From NCBI GenBank assembly GCA_965267575.1, contig OZ254086.1, positions 4,448,001 through 4,512,000 of the forward strand: DNA of 64,000 nucleotides. Reading direction: 5' to 3'. Shown in pieces: positions 19,233 to 29,198 of the stretch (its first letter is position 1; every line of letters begins with the position of its first letter). The position numbers and the translations under genes were made by a program. This DNA is from Calditrichales bacterium (GTDB taxonomy: Bacteria > Calditrichota > Calditrichia > Calditrichales > J004). Under the pieces are notes generated by a model. It searched no databases, was not told the origin of the DNA, and saw only the letters and a program-made list of their open reading frames with translations.

Positions 19233-20180
19233 ATGATTGTTAACCTCGCATATATCATTCTTGCTCTCCTGCTTTTGTTTGCCGGCGCCGAAGGGCTTGT
19301 CAGGGGCAGCTCATCGCTGGCGTTACGGGCAGGATTAAGCCGGCTGATGGTGGGTCTGACCATCGTTGCGTTTGGCACCAGCGCGCCGGAATTGGTAGTG
19401 AGCATCAAGGCGGCCCTGTCGCAGCAAGGCGATATCTCGGTCGGCAATGTGGTCGGCTCCAACTCCTTTAACATCGGTGTTATTCTCGGGATAACGGCTT
19501 TGCTGTGCCCCATCCCTGTTCACCGGCAGATTATCAGAATCGACGCGCCGATTGCGCTTGGCGTTGCGGGTCTGCTGCTATTGCTGCTTCTCAATAACAC
19601 CCTGGGGCGCGTTGAGGGGCTGCTGCTTTTTACGGGAATAGTCGCCTACACTTTTATGAATGTCGTACTGGCCCGCAGACAGGCAGGGGCAAGCGGCGCC
19701 GACCCCGGCGACACATCGGTACCCTCTGTTTCGCGGCACTGGGGTATTGATGTTGCCTATATCCTGGGCGGTCTCGTCGTGCTCGTATTCGGCTCGCGCT
19801 TACTGGTCGATCATTCAATCATATTAGCCAAGGCGTTCGGCGTAAGTGAAGCCGTGATTGGCCTGACGATCGTCGCCGCCGGTACCAGCATGCCGGAGTT
19901 GGCAACTTCTGTGGTCGCCGCGTTCCGCAAGCAGCCGGACATCGCCATTGGCAATGTGGTCGGCTCAAATGTCTTCAATATACTGGGCATCCTGGGGCTG
20001 GCATCGATTGTCTCACCGCTTCATGCACCGGGCATCTCTTCGCTGGATTACACGGTTATGATTGGATTTACCGTTCTGTTGATCCCATTGCTTTACACGG
20101 GACGTTTACTCCATCGCCTGGAAGGAACACTGCTGCTTGTTCTTTACGGCGTCTACCTTTTTATTCTCTGGCCCAAATAG
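19233..20180 (+). CDS. Ca2+/Na+ antiporter (YrbG family)
   Basis: Two alpha repeats GTSAPE / GTSMPE and GNVVGSN. Confidence 0.95.
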   Translation: MIVNLAYIILALLLLFAGAEGLVRGSSSLALRAGLSRLMVGLTIVAFGTSAPELVVSIKAALSQQGDISVGNVVGSNSFNIGVILGITALLCPIPVHRQIIRIDAPIALGVAGLLLLLLLNNTLGRVEGLLLFTGIVAYTFMNVVLARRQAGASGADPGDTSVPSVSRHWGIDVAYILGGLVVLVFGSRLLVDHSIILAKAFGVSEAVIGLTIVAAGTSMPELATSVVAAFRKQPDIAIGNVVGSNVFNILGILGLASIVSPLHAPGISSLDYTVMIGFTVLLIPLLYTGRLLHRLEGTLLLVLYGVYLFILWPK

Positions 20181-20441
20181 GCACCGGGCGGGTCCGCTCC
20201 AAGCCTTTGTTATTATTTATTGCGCACGCTTAATTAAAACGCAGGCATACTCCAAAATAGAGTAGTGATATTAAAGAAGAATAAATTTAAGCGAGCAGCT
20301 TTACGCGGAATATGTTATCTTTCTGTATTGTGGTTCAGATATCAGTCCCACTGTAATCTAAAGGCACTCGTAAAAAAAAGATAACACTTTGATTTTAAGG
20401 GCTGCACCTGGTGCCAGAGATTAGGCTTTAAAAATACAGCA

Positions 20442-21572
20442 ATGAACTCCTTATTTACAATCGGTATCTTTCTTTCATTTTTTCTTTCTCTTTTGCTGGC
20501 GGCTAAAAAAAACAAAAGCCTGCCGGATATTATTCTTGCTGTTTGGTTAAGTATCATCGGGATTCATTTAACCAGTTATTATCTCTATTCGCTTGGCTAT
20601 TGGTCGCAATACCCGCACCTGGTTGGCGTAACACTGCCCGTCCCGCTGCTGCACGGCCCTATGCTCTTTCTCTACACATCTTATTCTCTGCGTGACGAAA
20701 CCAAGTTAAGAAAAATCGATTATTGGCATTTTGCACCGGCAATTGCTGCCTGGCTGTATATGTTTCCGTTTTATTTTTTCTATACGGCTGAAGAAAAGAT
20801 CATGGTAGATGAGGGTCTTGTTGATGATTTCGCTGTTTTTTCGGTTGTTGCCCTTATCGCCTTTGTTATTTCCGGGCTTGTTTACCCGCTGCTGGCTTAC
20901 CGCTGGATACTAAAATATAACAAACTCGTAGATGATAACTTTTCGTATGAAAACCGCATTAGCCTCAATTGGCTAAAATATTGTATTTATGGAACGGGCA
21001 TGCTCTATTTAACCGTCGCTGTGATTTACTTCGTGGTGCCGGGTACGGGTATGGAGCTCCCGTTTAATGCCGATTTTATTATATACAGCATGATCGTTTT
21101 TTTTGTGATCTGTATTGGTTTTTTTGGAATACGGCACCAGAATATTTTCGACAATGCTTTAAGCACTAAAGATGTGAAGCTGGCGCAATCAAAAATAAAT
21201 GGAGAATATCAGAAATCGGGATTAAAACCTGATGTGGCGGAGGACGTTCACAAAAGGCTGCTAAAGCTTATGAAGCAGGACAAACCGTATACAAATCCCA
21301 GGTTAACATTAAGCGATCTTGCAAACAGCCTGGATGTTTCGGTAAATCACCTGTCGCAGGTCATCAATCAATATGAGAAAGTGAATTTCCATTATTTTGT
21401 AAATAACTACAGGGTGGAAGAATTTATCAGGAACGCATCTTCCAACAGTAATTTCAGTATTCTGGCACATGCCATTGATGCCGGTTTCAATTCAAAGTCT
21501 TCTTTTAACAGCATATTTAAAAAACATAAAGGAATGCCCCCCTCTAAATACATGGCCAACATTCCCGCCTAA
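20442..21572 (+). CDS. Membrane-anchored AraC family regulator
   Basis: Multi-TM N-terminus; C-terminal AGFNSKSSFNSIFKK. Confidence 0.92.
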   Translation: MNSLFTIGIFLSFFLSLLLAAKKNKSLPDIILAVWLSIIGIHLTSYYLYSLGYWSQYPHLVGVTLPVPLLHGPMLFLYTSYSLRDETKLRKIDYWHFAPAIAAWLYMFPFYFFYTAEEKIMVDEGLVDDFAVFSVVALIAFVISGLVYPLLAYRWILKYNKLVDDNFSYENRISLNWLKYCIYGTGMLYLTVAVIYFVVPGTGMELPFNADFIIYSMIVFFVICIGFFGIRHQNIFDNALSTKDVKLAQSKINGEYQKSGLKPDVAEDVHKRLLKLMKQDKPYTNPRLTLSDLANSLDVSVNHLSQVINQYEKVNFHYFVNNYRVEEFIRNASSNSNFSILAHAIDAGFNSKSSFNSIFKKHKGMPPSKYMANIPA

Positions 21573-21751
21573 AACAAAACCTTTAAAATATTGTCCTTTC
21601 CTTCATTTTCTTAAACATATGTAAATAATATACTTAGATGTGCAAGCCTGTAGGTCTGCACCCATAAAAAGTCCAGTCCGTTACGATTGGGCTATGGGCA
21701 TATTTTTATCTCCTATGTTTGCTCCAACGTTTAAACAAACAAGGAGTCTTC

Positions 21752-22603
21752 ATGATCATCAAGAAGTATAAGCACCCCGTTTTATTTTATGCATTGTCCA
21801 CCTTCCTGCCATGGACGTGTTGGTTTGTTGCGGGTTACTACAGCCACATTACACCAGGCAACAACATGCTGACCATTGCTTCCAGCGTGTTCGCTTTATT
21901 GGGTCTTGTTGCACCCATTATTGTAGCCCTCATATTAATCTATCCCGACCAGGATTTACGGCATGATGTTCAGAACCGGTTTTTTAACTTTCGAGGTGTA
22001 AAAGCAGGCTATTGGGTTGCAGCGTGTTTCTTAATGCTTGTCAGTATTCTGCTGGCCCAGGCGATTTCATTGTTGTTTGGCTACAGTCCGGAACAGTTTA
22101 AACTGGCCGAATCGTTTTCTTTTAGCTCCGGCCTGTTCCCGGTTTGGTTCCTGTTAATTGCCGCCCCTTTCCTGGAAGAAGTCGCCTGGCACTCTTATGG
22201 TACCGATTGTTTACGGGCGCACTTCAGCGTGTTTACTACATCACTCATATTTGGTTTATACTGGGGCATATGGCACATACCGCTTTCCACGATAAATAAT
22301 TACTATCACAGTAACCTGGCTGAGTCCGGTCTCATCTATTCGCTGAATTTTTTCATCAGTATCATACCCTTTGTGCTGATCATGAACTGGCTCTATTACA
22401 AAACCGACAGGAATATCCTGGTCGCGGTCGTTTTTCACATCGGCGCCGGTTATTACAATGAAATTTTTCAAACCCACCCCACGAGCAAAGTGATACAAAC
22501 CTTTGTGCTGCTTGCTTTTTCGGTCGTTTTAATTCTGAACGATAAAGATTTTTTCTTTAAAAAATCAGCGGAATCTCAAACAGCCAATGTCTCGATTGCT
22601 TAA
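21752..22603 (+). CDS. CPBP (CAAX/Abi) intramembrane protease
   Basis: EE-x-x-W, WGIWH and FH motifs; RBS AAGGAG. Confidence 0.88.
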   Translation: MIIKKYKHPVLFYALSTFLPWTCWFVAGYYSHITPGNNMLTIASSVFALLGLVAPIIVALILIYPDQDLRHDVQNRFFNFRGVKAGYWVAACFLMLVSILLAQAISLLFGYSPEQFKLAESFSFSSGLFPVWFLLIAAPFLEEVAWHSYGTDCLRAHFSVFTTSLIFGLYWGIWHIPLSTINNYYHSNLAESGLIYSLNFFISIIPFVLIMNWLYYKTDRNILVAVVFHIGAGYYNEIFQTHPTSKVIQTFVLLAFSVVLILNDKDFFFKKSAESQTANVSIA

Positions 22604-22633
22604 AACTAAACTCATAACAAAAGGAAGAAAATC

Positions 22634-24967
22634 ATGAAAAACATATTAATCACTTTGATCACCGTTGCACTTTGCGGCGTCTCTTTTTCGCAGTCCGTAA
22701 CTCAAACCATACAGGGTAAAGTGTACGACAATTTAACCAGGGAGCCTTTGGCCGCGGCTAATATTTTCCTTCCCGCATCGGACCCGGTAATCGGAACGAC
22801 ATCGGATTTGGATGGCAATTTTATTCTTGAAAGAGTGCCCGTTGGCCGCCACACCATCCAAGTGGCGATGATGGGTTACGAAAGCTACATGATAAACGAA
22901 CTGCTGATAACCACCGGCCGGCAGCCTGTTCTGGATGTTGCTCTTCAGCCAATAGCCTATGAAACGGATGAGGTTGTTGTACGGGTAAACAAAGACCTTC
23001 CGCTCAATCCCATGACCACCGTCAGCAGCCGCCAGTTTTCGGTTGAAGAGACACAACGCTATGCCGGGGGGATTGACGACCCGGCCAGGCTGGCGTCCTC
23101 TTTTGCCGGGGTTGCTACGCCGTCTGTTGTAAGTAACGGCATCTCGGTGCGCGGCAACAATCCCGAAGGCCTGTTATGGCGGATCGAAGGGGTACAGGTA
23201 CCAAACCCCAACCACTTTGCCGATCTGACAGTTGTGGGCGGCGGCCTGTTAACAGCCCTTAGCAACCAGATGTTGGGAAATAGCGACTTCTACACCGGGG
23301 CGTTCCCGGCAGAGTATGGCAATGCCACGTCCGGGGTTTTTGATATCAACCTGAAAACGGGCAATTCGCAGCAACGTGAATACACGCTTCAAACCGGGTT
23401 AATCGGTGTTGACTTTGCGACACAGGGGCCGTTCGTTCCCGGCAAAGATGCCTCCTATAATATGAACTACCGGTACTCGACCATGGCGCTTATTGCCCCG
23501 GTTTTACCCAATGATACAGGCATACTGAAATACCAGGACTTTTCTTTAAAGACGCATTTCCCAACAAAGAATGCCGGTACGTTTTCGCTTTGGGGCATTG
23601 GCGCGCTGGATGAGCAGGAAATGGAAGCCGCGGACAGCGTCGACTGGAAAGCCAATTTTGACCGCGATAATTCGCAGACGGAGTTATACATGTTCGCAAC
23701 CGGCCTGACGCATAAAACGGCTTTAAACTCCAACACCTTTTTAAAGACAACGCTGTCGGCAACCGGCAACGGCTTAAGACATAAAGAACAACGCCTGGAT
23801 TACGCCTTAATGCCGCATCCTCAATCGCGGGCTTACAGCGACACCTGGCGCTATACCTTTCAATCGAGCATCGGCAAGCGCTTCAGCAATACGCACAGCA
23901 ATCAAACAGGGCTTTATTACAGCCAGATAGGTTATGATGTAGATATCGAGCAGTCACAGGCTGAAGGCGAAGCTCCGGCAAAAATGGCCCAACAAAAAGG
24001 GCAATCGGGTCTTTGGCAGTTTTACACGCAATCCAAAATTAGCCCCCTGCCGGGAGTATCTTTAAACGTGGGCCTGCATTCACAATACTTCCTGTTAAAC
24101 GACAATTTTTCGATTGAACCGCGCGCCGGTATTCGATATGACATTAACGATAAACACAGCCTGGCCTTTGCCTACGGTGTACACAGCCAGATTGAACGGC
24201 TGCCGGTATACTTTGTTGAAGTGGACGGAAAAAATCCGAACAAAAATCTGGATCTCTTAAAATCAACGCATTATGTATTGGCCTATAATATGAAGATCAA
24301 TGACAATATGAGGTTTTCCATTGAGCCTTACTATCAAAGCCTGAGCGATATACCCGTGGCACCTGACAGCTACTATTCCACGATCAATATGAAAAATGAT
24401 ATTTTTTTTAATGAAACCCTGGTCAGCAAAGGTTCGGGCAAAAACATGGGTATAGATTTTACCCTGGAACGGTTCCTGCAGGATGGCTTCTATTACCTGG
24501 CGACCGCCTCTGTTTTTGATTCCAAATACACCGCGGTTGACGGTATTGAGCGCAACACCCGCTTTAACAAAAACTACGTGTTCAATTTACTGGCCGGTAA
24601 AGAGTGGGCCATCGGGCAAGGCGGTAACAACATACTTGGCGTAAACATTCGCCTCAATTACCTGGGCGGAAACCGCAAAGAGGCCATCGACTTGGATGCT
24701 TCTGCGAGAGATAAGGACGTAGTTTACGGCGAGACAAACGGAGCTGTTTCTTTTGCCAAAAGGCATCGCGATGTACCGGTACTCTCGCTGGGTGTGTCCT
24801 ACAGAATCAACAAGCCGTTGTACTCCTCCGTATGGTCGCTGCAAATTTTAAACGCCACGGCAGCGCAAGAATATTCGCATGACTTCTACAACCTGAAAAC
24901 GGGAAAAGTCCAAACCGAATTTGAAGGGATTTTGATTCCCAACTTAAGCTATAAAATTGAGTTTTAG
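22634..24967 (+). CDS. TonB-dependent receptor with carboxypeptidase-regulatory-like N-domain
   Basis: ISVRGNNP plug, NPNHF, C-terminal YKIEF. Confidence 0.92.
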   Translation: MKNILITLITVALCGVSFSQSVTQTIQGKVYDNLTREPLAAANIFLPASDPVIGTTSDLDGNFILERVPVGRHTIQVAMMGYESYMINELLITTGRQPVLDVALQPIAYETDEVVVRVNKDLPLNPMTTVSSRQFSVEETQRYAGGIDDPARLASSFAGVATPSVVSNGISVRGNNPEGLLWRIEGVQVPNPNHFADLTVVGGGLLTALSNQMLGNSDFYTGAFPAEYGNATSGVFDINLKTGNSQQREYTLQTGLIGVDFATQGPFVPGKDASYNMNYRYSTMALIAPVLPNDTGILKYQDFSLKTHFPTKNAGTFSLWGIGALDEQEMEAADSVDWKANFDRDNSQTELYMFATGLTHKTALNSNTFLKTTLSATGNGLRHKEQRLDYALMPHPQSRAYSDTWRYTFQSSIGKRFSNTHSNQTGLYYSQIGYDVDIEQSQAEGEAPAKMAQQKGQSGLWQFYTQSKISPLPGVSLNVGLHSQYFLLNDNFSIEPRAGIRYDINDKHSLAFAYGVHSQIERLPVYFVEVDGKNPNKNLDLLKSTHYVLAYNMKINDNMRFSIEPYYQSLSDIPVAPDSYYSTINMKNDIFFNETLVSKGSGKNMGIDFTLERFLQDGFYYLATASVFDSKYTAVDGIERNTRFNKNYVFNLLAGKEWAIGQGGNNILGVNIRLNYLGGNRKEAIDLDASARDKDVVYGETNGAVSFAKRHRDVPVLSLGVSYRINKPLYSSVWSLQILNATAAQEYSHDFYNLKTGKVQTEFEGILIPNLSYKIEF

Positions 24968-25002
24968 GTTTAGAAAGCAACATTGCACCTAGGTTAAATA
25001 GG

Positions 25003-25040
25003 AGAGTGATTGTCCGGCAATTTAGGGCAATCACTCTTTT
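25003..25040 (+). terminator. Rho-independent terminator
   Basis: AGAGTGATTGTCC...GGGCAATCACTCT-TTT. Confidence 0.8.
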
Positions 25041-25114
25041 CGTTTAGGTTACTGGCTGGTTCTTTTACATGAATTATTATAGCCAGATAAGAGAATGCCA
25101 CAGGCTTTACAAGG

Positions 25115-25184
25115 GGCATTTATTTCTACAGGCTGGCAACGGACAAAGGATTGTAAAACGCGCAAGCTGGTTTTGTTGAAATAG
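25115..25184 (+). pseudogene. Remnant of a C-terminal sorting-domain coding sequence
   Basis: Reads GIYFYRLATDKG then, after a frameshift, KTRKLVLLK-stop. Confidence 0.6.
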
Positions 25185-25243
25185 GATCTACAACCTTAAA
25201 CAGCCGAGCCGGAAAGAAGCTTTTTTAATATGAAATTACTTAG

Positions 25244-25402
25244 TGTGTGGATATGTGTTTTCCACATATCACGCCTGTGGGAATGGTATGTTACCAGATT
25301 TTCCAGATAACAACACTATGTGCATAGTATTTAGAAAAATAGTTTTTTTCTGCTGACGGATTATGTATTTTTTTATAAAACTAGATAATAATATTGTTAG
25401 GC
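25244..25402 (+). repeat. Cassette-heading element, copy 2
   Basis: Matches 14963-15118; similarity stops right after GTTA (25396-25399). Confidence 0.85.
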
Positions 25403-25412
25403 ATATTAAGAT

Positions 25413-25850
25413 ATGATCAATAACATACTGAAATGGTCATTTGGATGTTCAGTTGAAGAGAGAATTTCCTTTACACTGACTTCTGAAGGTGCCGACAAAG
25501 AATCTGAAGGTTACGATTGGATACAGGCATTTGTTGAAATAAAAGTGGGTGGATTTCATGGGAAGACAGATTTATATCTTACTGTGACTGACATAAACAA
25601 ATTTAAAAAAGAAATAGATACACTATATGATAAATTAGAGGGAATTGCAGAGTTAAATACCATCGAATCTCAGATTCAGCTTAAATTAGAAGGTGATGGA
25701 TCAGGACAAATGAAATTAACAGGTTATTTAAAGGACGATGCTTCATTTGGAAATAAACTGAGCTTTGAGATTGGTTTTGATCAGACTTTCCTTAAAAGCT
25801 CTATTTCAGAATTAAATTATGTATTGAAACAAATAGAAAAAAACGCCTGA
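25413..25850 (+). CDS. Hypothetical protein, WapI-like immunity family suspected (cassette gene)
   Basis: DW..., L-x-G-x-A...E, DQTFL pattern; AT-rich; stop codon lies inside the attC R'' box. Confidence 0.6.
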   Translation: MINNILKWSFGCSVEERISFTLTSEGADKESEGYDWIQAFVEIKVGGFHGKTDLYLTVTDINKFKKEIDTLYDKLEGIAELNTIESQIQLKLEGDGSGQMKLTGYLKDDASFGNKLSFEIGFDQTFLKSSISELNYVLKQIEKNA

Positions 25851-25900
25851 CCATTGCATGCACCTGACGCCTTCGGCGCAGGTGATGCTTAGCGTTAGCC
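25845..25900 (+). mobile_element. Short attC site
   Basis: GCCTGAC-CATT-GCATGCACCTGACGCC-TTC-GGCGCAGGTGATGC-TTAGC-GTTAGCC; classic stem with two extrahelical bases. Confidence 0.85.
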
Positions 25901-25923
25901 GTGAAAACAAGGGAGATATTAAA

Positions 25924-26469
25924 ATGAAAAAATTCGCGTTTTATCTGCTTATCTTCTCTTTGTTCCATAGTTGCAGCGATAATTCTACAAACAGTACAGA
26001 CAACTATTCATCAACAACATTAGACGAAATTTATCAAAACAAAATAACCAATTATGTTGATTCCTTAATCAATTTAGAAACAAAGGTTTGCTGGGAATAT
26101 TCTAATATTTTCGTTGGTGAACCTAATGATTCAATGTATGCAAATCCGTTAAGATTAAAATTTGAAAATGCGGACAATTATATATCTGAAGAAAGATTTA
26201 AAAACCAACAACGTGGAGACTTAGCTATAAACTCAGATCACATATATACAAAATGGGATGGCAAAATAGAAAAGTATTATTTTGATGATGATTCACTATC
26301 AAATAATAAAAGTACCTATGTTTTTCAGGGGAAAATCCAATATGCAGATTGGCTAAATGTAACCGATGAACATTTGAAGGATAGTGTTTTTATTAATCAG
26401 AGCAATAATGTTGTTTACTGGTCTCAAACGTTTGAATTTGAAGTTGAAGAGATTATTGACAAATATTAA
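25924..26469 (+). CDS. Putative lipoprotein (cassette gene)
   Basis: MKK signal with FHSC lipobox; RBS GGGAG; AT-rich. Confidence 0.75.
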   Translation: MKKFAFYLLIFSLFHSCSDNSTNSTDNYSSTTLDEIYQNKITNYVDSLINLETKVCWEYSNIFVGEPNDSMYANPLRLKFENADNYISEERFKNQQRGDLAINSDHIYTKWDGKIEKYYFDDDSLSNNKSTYVFQGKIQYADWLNVTDEHLKDSVFINQSNNVVYWSQTFEFEVEEIIDKY

Positions 26470-26476
26470 AAAATAG

Positions 26477-26573
26477 GGCGAACAAGAGCATCAACGCGGA
26501 CGCTAAAGTCGAGCCCGTGATTTGTTCCTGAAAGTATCTTTAATTTTCGTGTCCCTTTTGCCTGGCGTTATAC
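26477..26573 (+). mobile_element. Degenerate attC-like site
   Basis: GGCGAAC-AAGAGCATCAACGCGGAC left arm; possible right end TGCCTGGC-GTTATAC. Confidence 0.6.
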
Positions 26574-26586
26574 CCATCTTCACCCT

Positions 26587-26659
26587 CCCCCACCCTTGAC
26601 GCCCCCACCTCTTTGCGCATATCTTGTGGCGTGTTAAATCCGGCCTGTTTTTCTGATGA
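26587..26659 (+). repeat. 73-bp direct repeat, copy 1 (contains TTGACG-N18-TATCTT promoter-like motif)
   Basis: Ungapped match to 27416-27488. Confidence 0.9.
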
Positions 26660-26766
26660 TTGAAATACTGTCGGCTTATTCTACTCGCCTGGGATATTTT
26701 GGAGTCTTGTTTTGTACAACCCATCATAGTATTATTCTCAACAAACAAAAGGAATAGGATAAAATA

Positions 26767-26991
26767 ATGAGTACTTTTTCAATTGATTTTAACCAGGTAA
26801 AAAAAATCATTTCTCAATATGACCTGGATAAAAAAATAGAATTGATCAAAACACTTGAAAAAGAGACGTTTCCGCAACGGTTTAAAACACTTTTGGACAA
26901 AATGAAAACAGACGAAATTTCTCTGAATGATATTACTTCGGAAACTGAACTGATACGTGAAAAAAGATATAATGCCGGAAAAAAAGCTTAG
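26767..26991 (+). CDS. Putative antitoxin
   Basis: 74 aa, overlaps PIN toxin start. Confidence 0.7.
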   Translation: MSTFSIDFNQVKKIISQYDLDKKIELIKTLEKETFPQRFKTLLDKMKTDEISLNDITSETELIREKRYNAGKKA

Positions 26992-27396
26992 ACTCGTTAT
27001 TGATACGAATATCTGGATAAGCTTTTTGATTGGAAAAACTCTCGCGGGGTTGTCAAAGGCAATCATTGATGATCGTGTTTTAATTCTTTTTAGTGAAGAG
27101 CTTTTCAACGAAGTAATTGAAGTTTTGCACCGTCCGATGTTAAAAAATATTTTTCTAAAGAGACAATTCAGGAATTCATATCGTTAATCCAACCGAAAAT
27201 AGAATGGGTTGAGATTAATTCAGCGATTGATGAGTGCAGAGACGCAAAAGATAATTTCTTATTAGACTTATGTGTCTCAGGAAATGCTGACTACCTGGTT
27301 ACCGGTGATAATGATTTACTTGTTCTAAATCCTTTTCGCGGAACACACATAATAGAATATCGGGAATTTCAAATACATATTAATAAAATGTCCTAA
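26972..27396 (+). pseudogene. PIN-domain (VapC-like) toxin, frameshifted near 27140
   Basis: RLVIDTNIWIS in one frame; CRDAKDNFLLDL...ADYLVTGDNDLL in another. Confidence 0.85.
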
Positions 27397-27415
27397 GCCC
27401 ATGATACTGGAGCCC

Positions 27416-27488
27416 CCCCCACCCTTGACGTCCCCACCCCTTTGCCCCTATCTTGTGGCGTGTTAAATCCAGCCTGATTTTCTGATGA
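27416..27488 (+). repeat. 73-bp direct repeat, copy 2
   Basis: Matches 26587-26659. Confidence 0.9.
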
Positions 27489-27723
27489 ATGGTTTGGGCG
27501 AAAGCAAACATTGTCGAATAAGCTTACGTCGTCACATCATTATTATGTTAATGCACTGCAAAATATAATTTCCATTCCTGATAATAGTTCGTATTTTTTA
27601 TCAAAAACCGGCAATCTGGCCTGGTTGTCTGACCCATGTCATGCATTGACAGCTTTGCTCATCACAAGGACCGTTGATACGAGTTAGTTGAAGTGTTCTC
27701 AAACTTAATCGGAGGAGATAGAA

Positions 27724-27912
27724 ATGTCTGAGAAACCTTTTACGATCGTTAAACGGGAAGATTTATCCCCCCTTTGTCCCCATTGCGAGAAAGAATTGAC
27801 TGAAGTATATACAAGGGCGAAAGGCGTGCCATTTGTCCAGGGAACCAACGTAATTTACTTCTGTCCTCATTGCCGCAAAGTCCTCGGCTTCGGCCAGGGC
27901 AGGATGATCTAA
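27724..27912 (+). CDS. Small zinc-ribbon protein
   Basis: CPHC twice; RBS GGAGGAG. Confidence 0.75.
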   Translation: MSEKPFTIVKREDLSPLCPHCEKELTEVYTRAKGVPFVQGTNVIYFCPHCRKVLGFGQGRMI

Positions 27913-28000
27913 CCCGCTTAAGTAATTCGTTTTTGGAAAGCCTTATGGGAGTTGAACTTAAGTTGACGGAAAAATAGTTTTCGTCAAAGGAGGTATTCGT

Positions 28001-28984
28001 ATGTCCAGTTCAGAAACAGTCTCTCGTTTATCATTAATACTCTTTATATGTTCTTTCGTGTTCGCACAATATGATTATATCCAAATAGGTGATATCCCTT
28101 ATAAGATATACCCCGAAGTCAATGACCTAAAGCCCGGCTTATCGTCTCCCTTTAAAGCTGCAGATAACGAAGAGTATATCATCGCCGTCACGAAAGAAAA
28201 CAAATATGCTATCGCCCCGGTTACACTTAGCAACGAAAACAGAATGTGTAAGCAATTATTTGTCGACTCAGCAGATTTTCCTGCTTTGTCGAAAACCGGG
28301 CTGCATTCTGAAAAGGAATTGATTGAGATAAAATTTATCACTGGTCGCTCAATTGAGGAAATCACTGAATTAGGGAGGCCAAACAGGTTGTCCCAGGCCG
28401 GTTTCATGGCTGAAGATGAAACGGTTCTTTCGGTGATTAAAGGTGACAACCAATTGGTTCGCGCCATGGATTTAACTCATCCGCAACTTGCTGCACCGCT
28501 TTTCCATATTCTAAACTTAATGGATATAGATTTATCTCTGAATCGTTGGAATATGGCTAAACATCGTTGGGAAAACATTAAGCACATATTATATAACGAC
28601 CAAAAGGTTTACGTAGAAGCTGAAGATACTAAAGGGGGCCAAAAGTCGATTTTTAATGATGGGATAGGGGGCTCTTTTTATATAAAGATTTGGCGAATGC
28701 TTTCTGCTGAAGAAGAAAAATTCCTGGAAGAAAAATACGGTCATTTATCCGAATCCGATTATAAGCGGTTGAAAGATTTGTTAAGTACAATGAATACGGG
28801 TGAAATGGAACCACAATACATTATGAGGTATGGATTTTATGAAGGCCATACATATTGGCGAACAGATCCTATTGCGCTTGCCTTCATATTTGGTCTTAGA
28901 ACCCTTCCCGAGATAGAGGAAAAATTCGCCGGAAGATTGTTTGAGACCCTGACCACTCATTTCACTGAGCAAGAATTTAATTGA
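28001..28984 (+). CDS. Hypothetical exported protein
   Basis: Signal peptide; RBS AGGAGG; YGFYEG...R-x-DP motif. Confidence 0.75.
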   Translation: MSSSETVSRLSLILFICSFVFAQYDYIQIGDIPYKIYPEVNDLKPGLSSPFKAADNEEYIIAVTKENKYAIAPVTLSNENRMCKQLFVDSADFPALSKTGLHSEKELIEIKFITGRSIEEITELGRPNRLSQAGFMAEDETVLSVIKGDNQLVRAMDLTHPQLAAPLFHILNLMDIDLSLNRWNMAKHRWENIKHILYNDQKVYVEAEDTKGGQKSIFNDGIGGSFYIKIWRMLSAEEEKFLEEKYGHLSESDYKRLKDLLSTMNTGEMEPQYIMRYGFYEGHTYWRTDPIALAFIFGLRTLPEIEEKFAGRLFETLTTHFTEQEFN

Positions 28985-29198
28985 TAATATTGGCTGGGCA
29001 TTTTATGCATTAGCCAGGTTGGTCAAAGATAGGCGGGAAGCTGACTCTTATCCCACACTGAGCCGCGGACAACTGCTGCCGCATTCTGGCTCTACGGCGT
29101 GATCAGTTACGCGGCATTTGTAAATTTGCGCGCACACAAAGGCATTGTGTTTTTATTTCAATTTCCTAAATTCAGCGCAACACTATTAGCGATCGCTT

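Noticed and set aside
27510..27555. Possible dif/Xer site (TTATGTTAATG)
   Set aside because: An XerD-like arm is present but no XerC-like arm lies at the 6-bp spacing.
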